Origin: a virus
Virus record (IMG/VR): IMGVR_UViG_3300036760_000150
Coordinates: 1 to 64,000 of that record
Reading direction: 5' to 3' (one strand)
Length of the DNA: 64,000 bases
Below, piece after piece: positions 34,728 to 42,466 of this stretch. Numbering within the stretch: position 1 is the first letter of the stretch; every line of letters starts with the position of its first letter. The notes under the pieces are model-generated. The model ran no database searches. It was not told the DNA's origin and was given only the letters and a program-made list of their open reading frames with translations. Both the position numbers and the translations under genes were made by a program.

Positions 34728-34949
34728 TCAAAAATGTGACCTATGCCCTGGTGGAAGACCACATATATCGCAGAACATGCGGTTTGTACTATCGTATTTC
34801 CAATTATGCGGGGGACAAACAGCATTCATCTTTCTCTTGGCATCCTCAGCCACCTGGTGAGCTATGTACTGCCACACGCCAACCGCCAGAAGCGTCATGG
34901 TGACGAAGATGATCAACGGTACTAGGTCTGGCGTGGCGACAGGACCCAT
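34728..34949 (-). CDS. Small TM protein with Cys/His knuckle
   Basis: TM helix then CPPHNW...CDIC. Confidence 0.65.
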   Translation of the reverse strand: MGPVATPDLVPLIIFVTMTLLAVGVWQYIAHQVAEDAKRKMNAVCPPHNWKYDSTNRMFCDICGLPPGHRSHF

Positions 34950-35507
34950 CTACACCTTCACTGAGCCTTGGATGTCATTACTCTCGATCGCCGCCTTGTT
35001 ACGGTTCAAGATCACTTGTAGGGTGGAGCTGTGTCGCCTACGCCTTGATGATCGCCCGGTCGAACGTTTTCGTTCACCAGCCTTGATGCGTTTCTCACGC
35101 TGCAGGACGGCCAGGTTCTTAGCCTCAGCCAAAAGGGCTCGGTAGTTCACGTTGCTAGAAGCTGGTTGCAACACGTTGCCGTCCTTGTCCTTCTTCTCAG
35201 GAACTTGCACCGTGCAGACTGCTACTAGGGCGTCGTACTCGTCTTTGCCGACCTGAGCCTCTGCCTGAGCGAGCATCTCCTTGAACTTCGCAGAGCGCTT
35301 CCTGTTGTCGGTCATCAACTTCTTGACGAAGTTGCCCATGGCTTGCTGTTGACCAACCATCTGACGTCGAGATTTGCGGTTAGGCTTAGGAACAGGAAGT
35401 GGCGTATTTTGCTCTGATACGGTACTTGTGTCGACAGTCTCTTTCGGGGTAGTTGTCCCTGTCTCAGGAACTGATGGGGGTGTGGTATCTGTCGCGTCGT
35501 TCGTCAT
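34950..35507 (-). CDS. hypothetical protein
   Basis: 185 aa, GGAG RBS, T/P-rich N-terminus, Arg-rich C-terminus. Confidence 0.75.
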   Translation of the reverse strand: MTNDATDTTPPSVPETGTTTPKETVDTSTVSEQNTPLPVPKPNRKSRRQMVGQQQAMGNFVKKLMTDNRKRSAKFKEMLAQAEAQVGKDEYDALVAVCTVQVPEKKDKDGNVLQPASSNVNYRALLAEAKNLAVLQREKRIKAGERKRSTGRSSRRRRHSSTLQVILNRNKAAIESNDIQGSVKV

Positions 35508-35704
35508 GTCTTGTCTCCTATAGATTCTTCAAGTATAGATCTTTGAGATGTTCTCTCTCCACCATCTGTAATCACAGCCAACGTCTCATCTATATGATGT
35601 ATGACACCGTCAACTAAAGAGTACCCCATTTCTTCTAGATTATCTCGCACAAATGTCAATGTTTCTACTGCTATATCGAGTTGTTGAGAAGTAGTAAGGC
35701 TCAT
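35504..35704 (-). CDS. hypothetical protein
   Basis: 66 aa, 4-bp overlaps. Confidence 0.65.
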   Translation of the reverse strand: MSLTTSQQLDIAVETLTFVRDNLEEMGYSLVDGVIHHIDETLAVITDGGERTSQRSILEESIGDKT

Positions 35705-36399
35705 GGTTCATCCTTATCCTTGAAATACTCAGTGAAACCGCCTTCTAACAGGGCCTCACAGGCGCTGTCAAAGTATGCCATCCTTGCAACTGAACACTTA
35801 AACTGCCAGTCGTCGCCCGTGTACTTGTTCATCCATACGCCATCCTGGAAACTCTTGTGTACACCAAGTCGCTCATCGTCTTTGTAGAAGTACCGATTCT
35901 TCGACTCTTCCTGCATCATGGCTTCAAACGCTGCCTCCTCCTCAGGAGTTGGCTGTGGCGTTTCTACAGAAGGGGCTTGAGATTGTAGGAAGCTAACGAC
36001 GGCGGCCATCTCTGGGTTGCGGAACAGATGTTTGATGTAGGGTCTGACCTCACCGTAGTTGTGCCTGTTCAAGCGCAGGTGCTCCTCGTAACCCTCGTTG
36101 GTGAAGAACCAGTTGCGGTCGACCCACTCGTACTTCACTTCGTAATGTTCTAGGTCATGAACAGCCTCGCCGACCTTCTCGTCGTCGTAGCCGTTCTGTT
36201 TCAAAGCTTCTACGAACTCTTCTTCAGACTTGAAAGATCTATGCTCTAACCAGTTGTTAGCGTAGAACCTTAGTTCATCTCCGCCACCATCTGCGGTTGG
36301 AACTTCTACCTTCTCTTGTAGAGCGATCATGTACGGCTGTGCAGTGGCACAGTTATCTTGTGACAGCATGCGTTGTCTGATCTCAGACGGTGTGAACAT
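35701..36399 (-). CDS. Hypothetical phage protein, Ead/Ea22-like
   Basis: QDNCATAQP...FFT...NRHNY...RNPEM pattern recalled from Ead/Ea22-annotated proteins; unverified. Confidence 0.5.
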   Translation of the reverse strand: MFTPSEIRQRMLSQDNCATAQPYMIALQEKVEVPTADGGGDELRFYANNWLEHRSFKSEEEFVEALKQNGYDDEKVGEAVHDLEHYEVKYEWVDRNWFFTNEGYEEHLRLNRHNYGEVRPYIKHLFRNPEMAAVVSFLQSQAPSVETPQPTPEEEAAFEAMMQEESKNRYFYKDDERLGVHKSFQDGVWMNKYTGDDWQFKCSVARMAYFDSACEALLEGGFTEYFKDKDEP

Positions 36400-37732
36400 C
36401 TTGTCTCCTTTGTTGAAGCTCGTTCAGCTCTACGCAGAATTTTCTAATAACTGCGTCAGCATCGTGACGGTTCTCTAGAACTACTCCTTGAACCTCTGCA
36501 GCTGTGAACTTACCTCGCAGCTTGATGTCCGGCCATCTAGTTCTGTCAGGGTACAACTTCCTCATCATCGACAAGAAGGTGGCCTCATCAAGGTAACCTA
36601 GTTCTACAACTATGTCAACTCGACCTTTACGTAGTAGTGCTGGGTCCAACACTGAGAGGTCGTTGGTGGTCATCACAAGCACCCTGCCGTCGCCGCTGTT
36701 GACCCCATCTATGGCATTCAGCAGGCCGCTGAGACTTAGGAATATGAACGTGGAGTTGGTCGGTGTGACGGGTGTGGTCGGAGTTGCAGGAGACTGATTG
36801 ATCTCAAGCCTAGCCTCCTCAGCCTTCACCACAGTCAGCCTAGGCTCGCCTAACCCACATGCGTCTATATCCTCGATGAGCACCAGAGCATCTTCACCGG
36901 CACTGCTCATAGCCTCTTCTAGTGTCTTGTCTGTCATGCTGCTGACGTTCATGGTGTAGAGGTGTCGTCCAAGGTAGTCGCACAACGCCCTCACCATCGA
37001 CGTCTTGCCTGTGCCTGGAGGCCCATGGAGCAGTATGCAAAAATGGTAGGGTATACCGTTGATTTTGTAGAACTCCTTGTCAGCCTTGAACGTGTGTATG
37101 CCGTCTAGTATCTGTGACTTAACCTTCTCAGGCAGGAACACGCTGTCCATCCGTCTTATAGGCTGGGAGTACGAGTAAGACCAGGATTTGTCGCACCAAC
37201 GGTATACCTTGGTGTCAGTCTTGGTCTCCTGCCTTGCCACCAGCTCCTGCACCATGGACCTTATCGAAGACTGGCTCCTGCCCATGGTAGATATCGTTAT
37301 CTTCTCTTTGACGTCACTCCCGATAGACTGAGGCATCTCCTCCCTGTTCATGAGAAACGGCTTACCTCTCCTCCAGAAGTAATGGTTGCCGTATCCTGCG
37401 CTTATAGTGACCTCGCCGTGACCCCAGCTGCCGTTCTGAGCCTTGAGCGTCCTGCTCTTCTTTCCCCAACCCTTATCGTCGTACCACTTGATAAGGTGGA
37501 CGAACAGTTCATCTCTGTTGTGCACCGTTAAGGTTACCGTGAACTGCTTCACGAAGAAGTCTTTGATTGCCTTGGGCAGAGAGCGTAGGACGAACGTGAC
37601 GACACCGAGCGCCCACATGCCTACAACCCCACCTACGACAGGGTTGCTCTTGGTGAACTCGGTGAACTGTCTGGCAAGGTCGTTGCCAGTTGAGATGACG
37701 TCAGTTATGCTGCTGATCCCTATGAACATCAA
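36383..37732 (-). CDS. BCS1-like membrane-anchored AAA+ ATPase
   Basis: N-terminal TM; BCS1_N-like region (AGYGNHYFW...FLMNRE...ITISTMGR); GIPY..LLHGPPGTGKTS, LIEDID, LSGLLNAIDG, LDPALLRKGRVD. Confidence 0.85.
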   Translation of the reverse strand: MMFIGISSITDVISTGNDLARQFTEFTKSNPVVGGVVGMWALGVVTFVLRSLPKAIKDFFVKQFTVTLTVHNRDELFVHLIKWYDDKGWGKKSRTLKAQNGSWGHGEVTISAGYGNHYFWRRGKPFLMNREEMPQSIGSDVKEKITISTMGRSQSSIRSMVQELVARQETKTDTKVYRWCDKSWSYSYSQPIRRMDSVFLPEKVKSQILDGIHTFKADKEFYKINGIPYHFCILLHGPPGTGKTSMVRALCDYLGRHLYTMNVSSMTDKTLEEAMSSAGEDALVLIEDIDACGLGEPRLTVVKAEEARLEINQSPATPTTPVTPTNSTFIFLSLSGLLNAIDGVNSGDGRVLVMTTNDLSVLDPALLRKGRVDIVVELGYLDEATFLSMMRKLYPDRTRWPDIKLRGKFTAAEVQGVVLENRHDADAVIRKFCVELNELQQRRQDVHTV

Positions 37733-38079
37733 GTACCTTTTGTTTTTTTACGACTTCTCTCTCGCTCGATCTGCCGACCTACAGCGATTCCATCTTTTAT
37801 CAACTCTATGGCTCCGAGGACGATGGGCTTCTTGTCGGCCTCGAAGAACGTGTCTATGATATCATGCACCATCTTAGAGTCCATGTCTATTGGCAAGTTG
37901 TCGATTCGGACTAGTCTGTAAGGTTCATGTCCACCAGGCCACTCCTTAAGCTCGACGATGCCTGGGCAGTCTTGTTTGACTACGGTGCCGATGAAGCCAG
38001 TTAACATGCCTGAGCCGCCACGACCGTTGACCCTTATGACTTTCTGGCCTTTCCTGAACTCGTACTTCTTCTTGCTCAT
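37729..38079 (-). CDS. hypothetical protein (SH3-like N-terminus possible)
   Basis: 116 aa, FRKGQKVIRV...GTVV. Confidence 0.65.
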   Translation of the reverse strand: MSKKKYEFRKGQKVIRVNGRGGSGMLTGFIGTVVKQDCPGIVELKEWPGGHEPYRLVRIDNLPIDMDSKMVHDIIDTFFEADKKPIVLGAIELIKDGIAVGRQIERERSRKKTKGT

Positions 38080-38363
38080 TTAACCACAGCTCCTAGTGCT
38101 ACTAGGAAGGCTCGTGCTCGTTTTCCAGCAACATTATTGTCTGGATCATGAACATCATTTGGATTTTGGCTATCCTTAGGGATGTATTCTACGTCAGAAA
38201 CTGTGATTAACGATCTATCGTGCTCAGCATCTAGCCAACTATCTTTGTCACCATAAAACTCAGCCATATTCTTAGCCTCCAGGAGAAGTTTTCGGAGGGC
38301 TTCGTCTTTGTAAATTATAGTCTGAGCATAGCCGGATGCTCCTCCTAATCCATCTTTTCCCAT
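38076..38363 (-). CDS. hypothetical protein
   Basis: 95 aa. Confidence 0.55.
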   Translation of the reverse strand: MGKDGLGGASGYAQTIIYKDEALRKLLLEAKNMAEFYGDKDSWLDAEHDRSLITVSDVEYIPKDSQNPNDVHDPDNNVAGKRARAFLVALGAVVK

Positions 38364-38545
38364 AATCTCATTTCTGCTTTATACATTTTCTTAATGCGCT
38401 TGATCTCGGCAAGGGCTTTGCGGGCTTCCAGGAGAAGGGCTTTCAGTTCCAGTGCGTAACAGTCTTTACTGCACCATTGCATTGCAGAAGGTCCCCTGTC
38501 GGGCATTGGTTTTTTACAAACAGAACACAGCACTCTGTCAGTCAT
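38345..38545 (-). CDS. Small zinc-finger protein
   Basis: CSVC...WCSKDC (TRASH/DUF2116-like spacing). Confidence 0.6.
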   Translation of the reverse strand: MTDRVLCSVCKKPMPDRGPSAMQWCSKDCYALELKALLLEARKALAEIKRIKKMYKAEMRLWEKMD

Positions 38546-38826
38546 GGGACAGTCCCGTAAAAGGCGTTTTCAAAAGCGAGCGCTGCCTTATATGGAGTTT
38601 CTCCAAAACCACAGCATCCCTCCTGGATATTATCGCCAAATAAACAACACCAAGAGTCACCCTCTTTATAAAGTTTTGCGCCAACGCAGAAAGCCGCGAG
38701 AGACCTAAGAGACTCTCTATTTTGTAAACAGCTCATTGCGTTCCAAAAAGAATTAAAAGCGCCTTGGTTCGCATTGACAAAGGCGGTATCAAAATCAGGT
38801 TCAGTCATTGGCAGTCCACGTAACAT
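38542..38826 (-). CDS. hypothetical phage protein
   Basis: GDSWCCLFGDNIQEGCCGFGETP motif; likely start MTEPDF. Confidence 0.65.
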   Translation of the reverse strand: MLRGLPMTEPDFDTAFVNANQGAFNSFWNAMSCLQNRESLRSLAAFCVGAKLYKEGDSWCCLFGDNIQEGCCGFGETPYKAALAFENAFYGTVP

Positions 38827-39001
38827 GGCATTCTAAGTCTTTAGGCTCAGGCCCCAAATCATTTTTCAATTCAATCAACTTTTCATCCCCGCGAATTCTA
38901 ATGTTGTCTGGATTAGCGAAGCAACCCCATGAGATATTCCATTTCGGATTGTCTTTGCTCTTAAAAGAGAACATTGCTTTTCGTTCCATAGAGAAAATCA
39001 T
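38801..39001 (-). CDS. hypothetical protein
   Basis: 66 aa, AGGAGG RBS. Confidence 0.6.
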   Translation of the reverse strand: MIFSMERKAMFSFKSKDNPKWNISWGCFANPDNIRIRGDEKLIELKNDLGPEPKDLECHVTWTAND

Positions 39002-39147
39002 TTCTCCTCCTTCTTATTCAGAGCGGCGCGGGCCTTGGCGAGGATCTTATCAAAATGTTGATTAAGTACATTCGCAAGCCAGCACCTGCGTCTGATCTTC
39101 TTTCCTTTGTCCAGATGTTTGTTGAGAGTTTTGGCAGTCAGTTTCAT
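38998..39147 (-). CDS. Small basic protein (49 aa)
   Basis: Manual ORF MKLTAKTLNKHLDKGKKIRRRCWLANVLNQHFDKILAKARAALNKKEEK; overlaps both neighbours. Confidence 0.55.
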   Translation of the reverse strand: MKLTAKTLNKHLDKGKKIRRRCWLANVLNQHFDKILAKARAALNKKEEK

Positions 39148-39749
39148 CACCTCACCTCATCTACTAGACCATACTTCAGAGCTTGGTCTGAGTCAAGGAA
39201 TATATCGTGACTGAACATCTTCTTGAACTTCTCGTAGGAGAGTTTCATCTTCTTCTCTGCCGGTATCCTATCCCAGTAGATTCGATACATCTTGTCGAGG
39301 ATCTTCTCCTCGTGTTTGCCTCGGTTCACGAAGCTGATGGAGTCGGCAGTACCAGACGATGTGCCTGGGTGGATAAGCATCTCGCATTCGGTGGTGGCGA
39401 TCCTTGTCTTGCAAGCTTGCAGGATGACGGAGCCCATGCTGGAGCAATCTCCGTAGATGATACCTACGACGTTGTTTCGACTAAGTCGGATAGCGCTGAA
39501 GACGGCCATGCCGTCGACCCACACACCACCTGGTGTGCTTATGTGCAGGTACACGAGACCATCGGTCTTGTTGAGGAAGTCTAGACTTTGGATGGTCATC
39601 TTGGCGCTCTTGGAGTCGATATCATCGAACAGGTATATTACACGCCTTTCCAGGTCCACGTTGGTGTCCTGGATGGTCTCCACCAAGTCTGCCTGAGATT
39701 TGACTGTCTTACTTCTTACGCTTCTGTGCGACACCTTTGTCGACGACAT
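39147..39749 (-). CDS. clpP: ClpP-family protease
   Basis: ISTPGG, CSSMG (Ser), MLIHP (His), HDIFL (Asp), ALKYGLVDEV. Confidence 0.9.
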   Translation of the reverse strand: MSSTKVSHRSVRSKTVKSQADLVETIQDTNVDLERRVIYLFDDIDSKSAKMTIQSLDFLNKTDGLVYLHISTPGGVWVDGMAVFSAIRLSRNNVVGIIYGDCSSMGSVILQACKTRIATTECEMLIHPGTSSGTADSISFVNRGKHEEKILDKMYRIYWDRIPAEKKMKLSYEKFKKMFSHDIFLDSDQALKYGLVDEVR

Positions 39750-39945
39750 ACACCTGTCCTCCCTGAACGCAGACCTGAGTCACAAGGCGATCCTTGAAGC
39801 TAACGATGTACGTGGAGTGCTCTACCACACCAGGGTTCACCCTGGCGAACTCCTGCGTGACCATGATGATCCTAGACATACTTGCACCGTTGTGCTTGTA
39901 CATGAGCTGTGGCGAGAACTTATGATCAGTGGACTGTGAGTTCAT
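39709..39945 (-). CDS. hypothetical protein
   Basis: 78 aa, GGAGG RBS. Confidence 0.6.
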   Translation of the reverse strand: MNSQSTDHKFSPQLMYKHNGASMSRIIMVTQEFARVNPGVVEHSTYIVSFKDRLVTQVCVQGGQVYVVDKGVAQKRKK

Positions 39946-40165
39946 CTGGCACCTCCTTAAGGTTACCTGTGGTTCCTTCCCAGTACTGGTCCATGTTCTC
40001 TACCATACTACCACGAACTGCGAAACTAGCAAGAGATAAGTACATAGCGTAGTTCGTCATTGATCTCACTAGCTTAGTTATGTCATCCCCGAACACTACC
40101 TGTTCATGGCTGTTGCCCAACGGGTCTTGGAAGACTATGGTGGCAGCGAACAGGTCGGTCGTCAT
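39926..40165 (-). CDS. hypothetical protein
   Basis: 79 aa. Confidence 0.6.
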   Translation of the reverse strand: MTTDLFAATIVFQDPLGNSHEQVVFGDDITKLVRSMTNYAMYLSLASFAVRGSMVENMDQYWEGTTGNLKEVPDELTVH

Positions 40166-41142
40166 CCGTTTATGCCCATGGAACGACGTTTCTGGTACTC
40201 GTCTTTGACCAACTTCTTGTGGGCGCCGATCTCGTCGATCACGGCCATGATAGTCTGGTTGGTCAGTAGGCTGCGAAGGACTATCTCCTTGAGATGGGCT
40301 ATGCTGAAGTCTGACGTCTTGGACTTTATGTAGTCGGTCTCGTCGACGGTTAGAGGGCGCCTAGCTATGAACTCCACCAAGTTGACACGCTCTTGGTCGT
40401 TGGGATGACCCATCTCGACCATCTTGTCGAACCTACCAGGACGATCTGCAAGGGCCTCAAGTAGGTTGTGTGGTGCGTTGGTGGTGGCGATCATGAATGT
40501 AGGGTACTTGAAGGTGATGTCTACGCCGTCCAGCAAGTTTAGCAGGCCAGATGTGACCTCTTTGTGGTGTGAGTACGACGACTCTCCACCACCTATGTCC
40601 TCCATGACCAATATCATGCGCGTGATGGCAGTGTCGTAGTTAGCCTTGAAGTTCAACAGGTTGTACACAGACTCAGGTTTGACCTGCGATGTGTTCCAGA
40701 TGATAACTGTGGTGCCAGGGTCTTCTTTACAGAGTTGTGCACTCACTTTACTAAGCGAAGAAGTTTTGCCCGTGCCAGGAGGACCCCAAAGTAACACAGC
40801 CCGTTTCTTCTGAACGCCGAGGTCGTCGTAAATCTTGAGGTTGCCGAAGAACTGCTCGGCCTCACGGATGATGTTAGATGTGTTGGTTATGCTCTCCAAC
40901 AAGTTCTCGGCGCGGAGATCGATTGGTCTTAACTCCAATTCACCGCCCATGCTGACCAATGAGTTGACGCCAGGTTTTACATCAAGTTTGTCGTTGTCCA
41001 CCTTCTCTGTGTACTTGAATTGAACTATGCCCTCAGGGAAGGTGAGGAGAAGATCAGACTCACTTATAAACTTCTTTGTACCATTGAGCAACTCTTGTGT
41101 CGTGGCTGTGTTTATTACGTCGAACCTGTTGTCTTCTTCCAT
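40162..41142 (-). CDS. Classical-clade AAA+ ATPase
   Basis: LLWGPPGTGKTS, VMEDI, LLNLLDG, ATTN...ALADRPGRFD. Confidence 0.9.
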   Translation of the reverse strand: MEEDNRFDVINTATTQELLNGTKKFISESDLLLTFPEGIVQFKYTEKVDNDKLDVKPGVNSLVSMGGELELRPIDLRAENLLESITNTSNIIREAEQFFGNLKIYDDLGVQKKRAVLLWGPPGTGKTSSLSKVSAQLCKEDPGTTVIIWNTSQVKPESVYNLLNFKANYDTAITRMILVMEDIGGGESSYSHHKEVTSGLLNLLDGVDITFKYPTFMIATTNAPHNLLEALADRPGRFDKMVEMGHPNDQERVNLVEFIARRPLTVDETDYIKSKTSDFSIAHLKEIVLRSLLTNQTIMAVIDEIGAHKKLVKDEYQKRRSMGING

Positions 41143-41173
41143 GACTACTCTCTTTCTTTTGCAGACGTTTTAC

Positions 41174-41422
41174 TCATGAATCATCCCTCTTCTTGATCTC
41201 GTAACCAGACGACAACAACCTTGATATGACAGCTGTAGCCCATGCCTGCTCTGGTGACATGTACTTCCTACCTCTTCCAGAAGGGTTGGACAATGCCACG
41301 TTGTTGTTCTCGATCGCATCAGATTTAAGTGTACCTTGAAGCCCCTTGTTCATCAAGTCTTCAACCACTTGTTTGATGCCTTCTATCTGATCATCTGTGA
41401 GAAACTTCTGTTTACGTGGCAT
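41174..41422 (-). CDS. hypothetical protein
   Basis: 82 aa. Confidence 0.65.
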   Translation of the reverse strand: MPRKQKFLTDDQIEGIKQVVEDLMNKGLQGTLKSDAIENNNVALSNPSGRGRKYMSPEQAWATAVISRLLSSGYEIKKRDDS

Positions 41423-41614
41423 CTATCTTTTCCTAAAGAAATTGAGAAGATCCATGAAGGTGCCGTTTCTGAACTCTATCAGATCAAACATACGCCATTG
41501 GCGTTTCTTGTTGACTCTTATCTGACCATCGTCGACAAATGACTTCCCAGCAGCAGTAAAATCAGACTGCTTGTTGACGTGGTCGCTCTTTCGCTGAGTC
41601 TTTCGCTGAGTCAT
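41423..41614 (-). CDS. hypothetical protein
   Basis: 63 aa. Confidence 0.55.
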   Translation of the reverse strand: MTQRKTQRKSDHVNKQSDFTAAGKSFVDDGQIRVNKKRQWRMFDLIEFRNGTFMDLLNFFRKR

Positions 41615-41617
41615 ATG

Positions 41618-41827
41618 TCAACCACAACAGTCTTCATCATCACATTCATCGTCCTTGTATAACTTATCTCTGATGATACCTTTTATGTCGTATAACTGAT
41701 GACACTCGAAATCATGTGGCCATCTACTGCCATGAGGCAACCAGGACTTATGAACTTTACCACCCATTAGACGTATGTTATCGTCCTCATACGAGGATGC
41801 ACCAGAGCTGTGAACGAACTCACGCAT
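41618..41827 (-). CDS. hypothetical protein
   Basis: 69 aa. Confidence 0.55.
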   Translation of the reverse strand: MREFVHSSGASSYEDDNIRLMGGKVHKSWLPHGSRWPHDFECHQLYDIKGIIRDKLYKDDECDDEDCCG

Positions 41828-41829
41828 CC

Positions 41830-42261
41830 TTAGAACTCAAGGCCAACAGACAGACCGAACGTCTTGTCTGTGTTGCCAAAGGCGCCTGCGAAGATGGGGC
41901 CAAGCACACGCCTCTCAACTGTGGCACCGTAAACAGGCCCCAGTATGCCCTGTGTTGTAGTGAGCTGTGTGCTTACCTTCCACTGAGGCTTCTCGTTGGA
42001 TACGATCTTAGAGGTATCTCTGCGAGATTCCTTATCTCTAGTCTCAGTACTTCTGTCCTCGATGATCGTCTCCTTCTCTTTGGTGCCGTCGGGCCTTGTG
42101 ACCTCCTTGATGACGGTGCGTACGTCGTGTTTCACAACCTCGACCTCCTTGACACGTTCCTCGATCTTAACTTCCACTCTAGCAGGTTGGAAGTACCTGC
42201 CGGTGGCATACCCCAAACCACTTACAACAAGTACGGCCACGATCCAATGTTTAGTCTCCAT
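41830..42261 (-). CDS. Envelope protein: N-terminal TM/signal, charged beta linker, four amphipathic strands ending in Phe
   Basis: HWIVAVLVVSGLGYATG...QWKVSTQL/VYGATVERRV/IFAGAFG/TFGLSVGLEF. Confidence 0.7.
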   Translation of the reverse strand: METKHWIVAVLVVSGLGYATGRYFQPARVEVKIEERVKEVEVVKHDVRTVIKEVTRPDGTKEKETIIEDRSTETRDKESRRDTSKIVSNEKPQWKVSTQLTTTQGILGPVYGATVERRVLGPIFAGAFGNTDKTFGLSVGLEF

Positions 42262-42466
42262 CCTTAACCTCCAGGAACTTCCTTATGTAACGCATGAAAA
42301 GTATAGCTTTGTCGTCAGCCAAGAAACGAGCGTGTCCTATGTCATCTATCGGTACTGGAAAGACGAGCCCGCTGTCAGACTCGTAGTACAGTCTGTTGTC
42401 TTGGTAGTAGACGAACTTAACTCGACCTTTGATATGTGGCTTCACGTCTGCAGTCATCTTGACCAT
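42251..42466 (-). CDS. hypothetical phage protein
   Basis: FPVPIDDIG.A.F....KAILFMRYIRK. Confidence 0.7.
   Translation of the reverse strand: MVKMTADVKPHIKGRVKFVYYQDNRLYYESDSGLVFPVPIDDIGHARFLADDKAILFMRYIRKFLEVKDGD

Noticed and set aside
33902-37732. S8 protease + AAA ATPase as an IetAS-type toxin-antitoxin or defence pair
   Set aside because: The genes are not adjacent (four genes between), the protease is short and exported with its own promoter, and the AAA is BCS1-type.
41588-41611. Exact 12-bp duplication CTTTCGCTGAGT x2
   Set aside because: A simple in-frame slippage duplication (TQRK TQRK) with no wider pattern.
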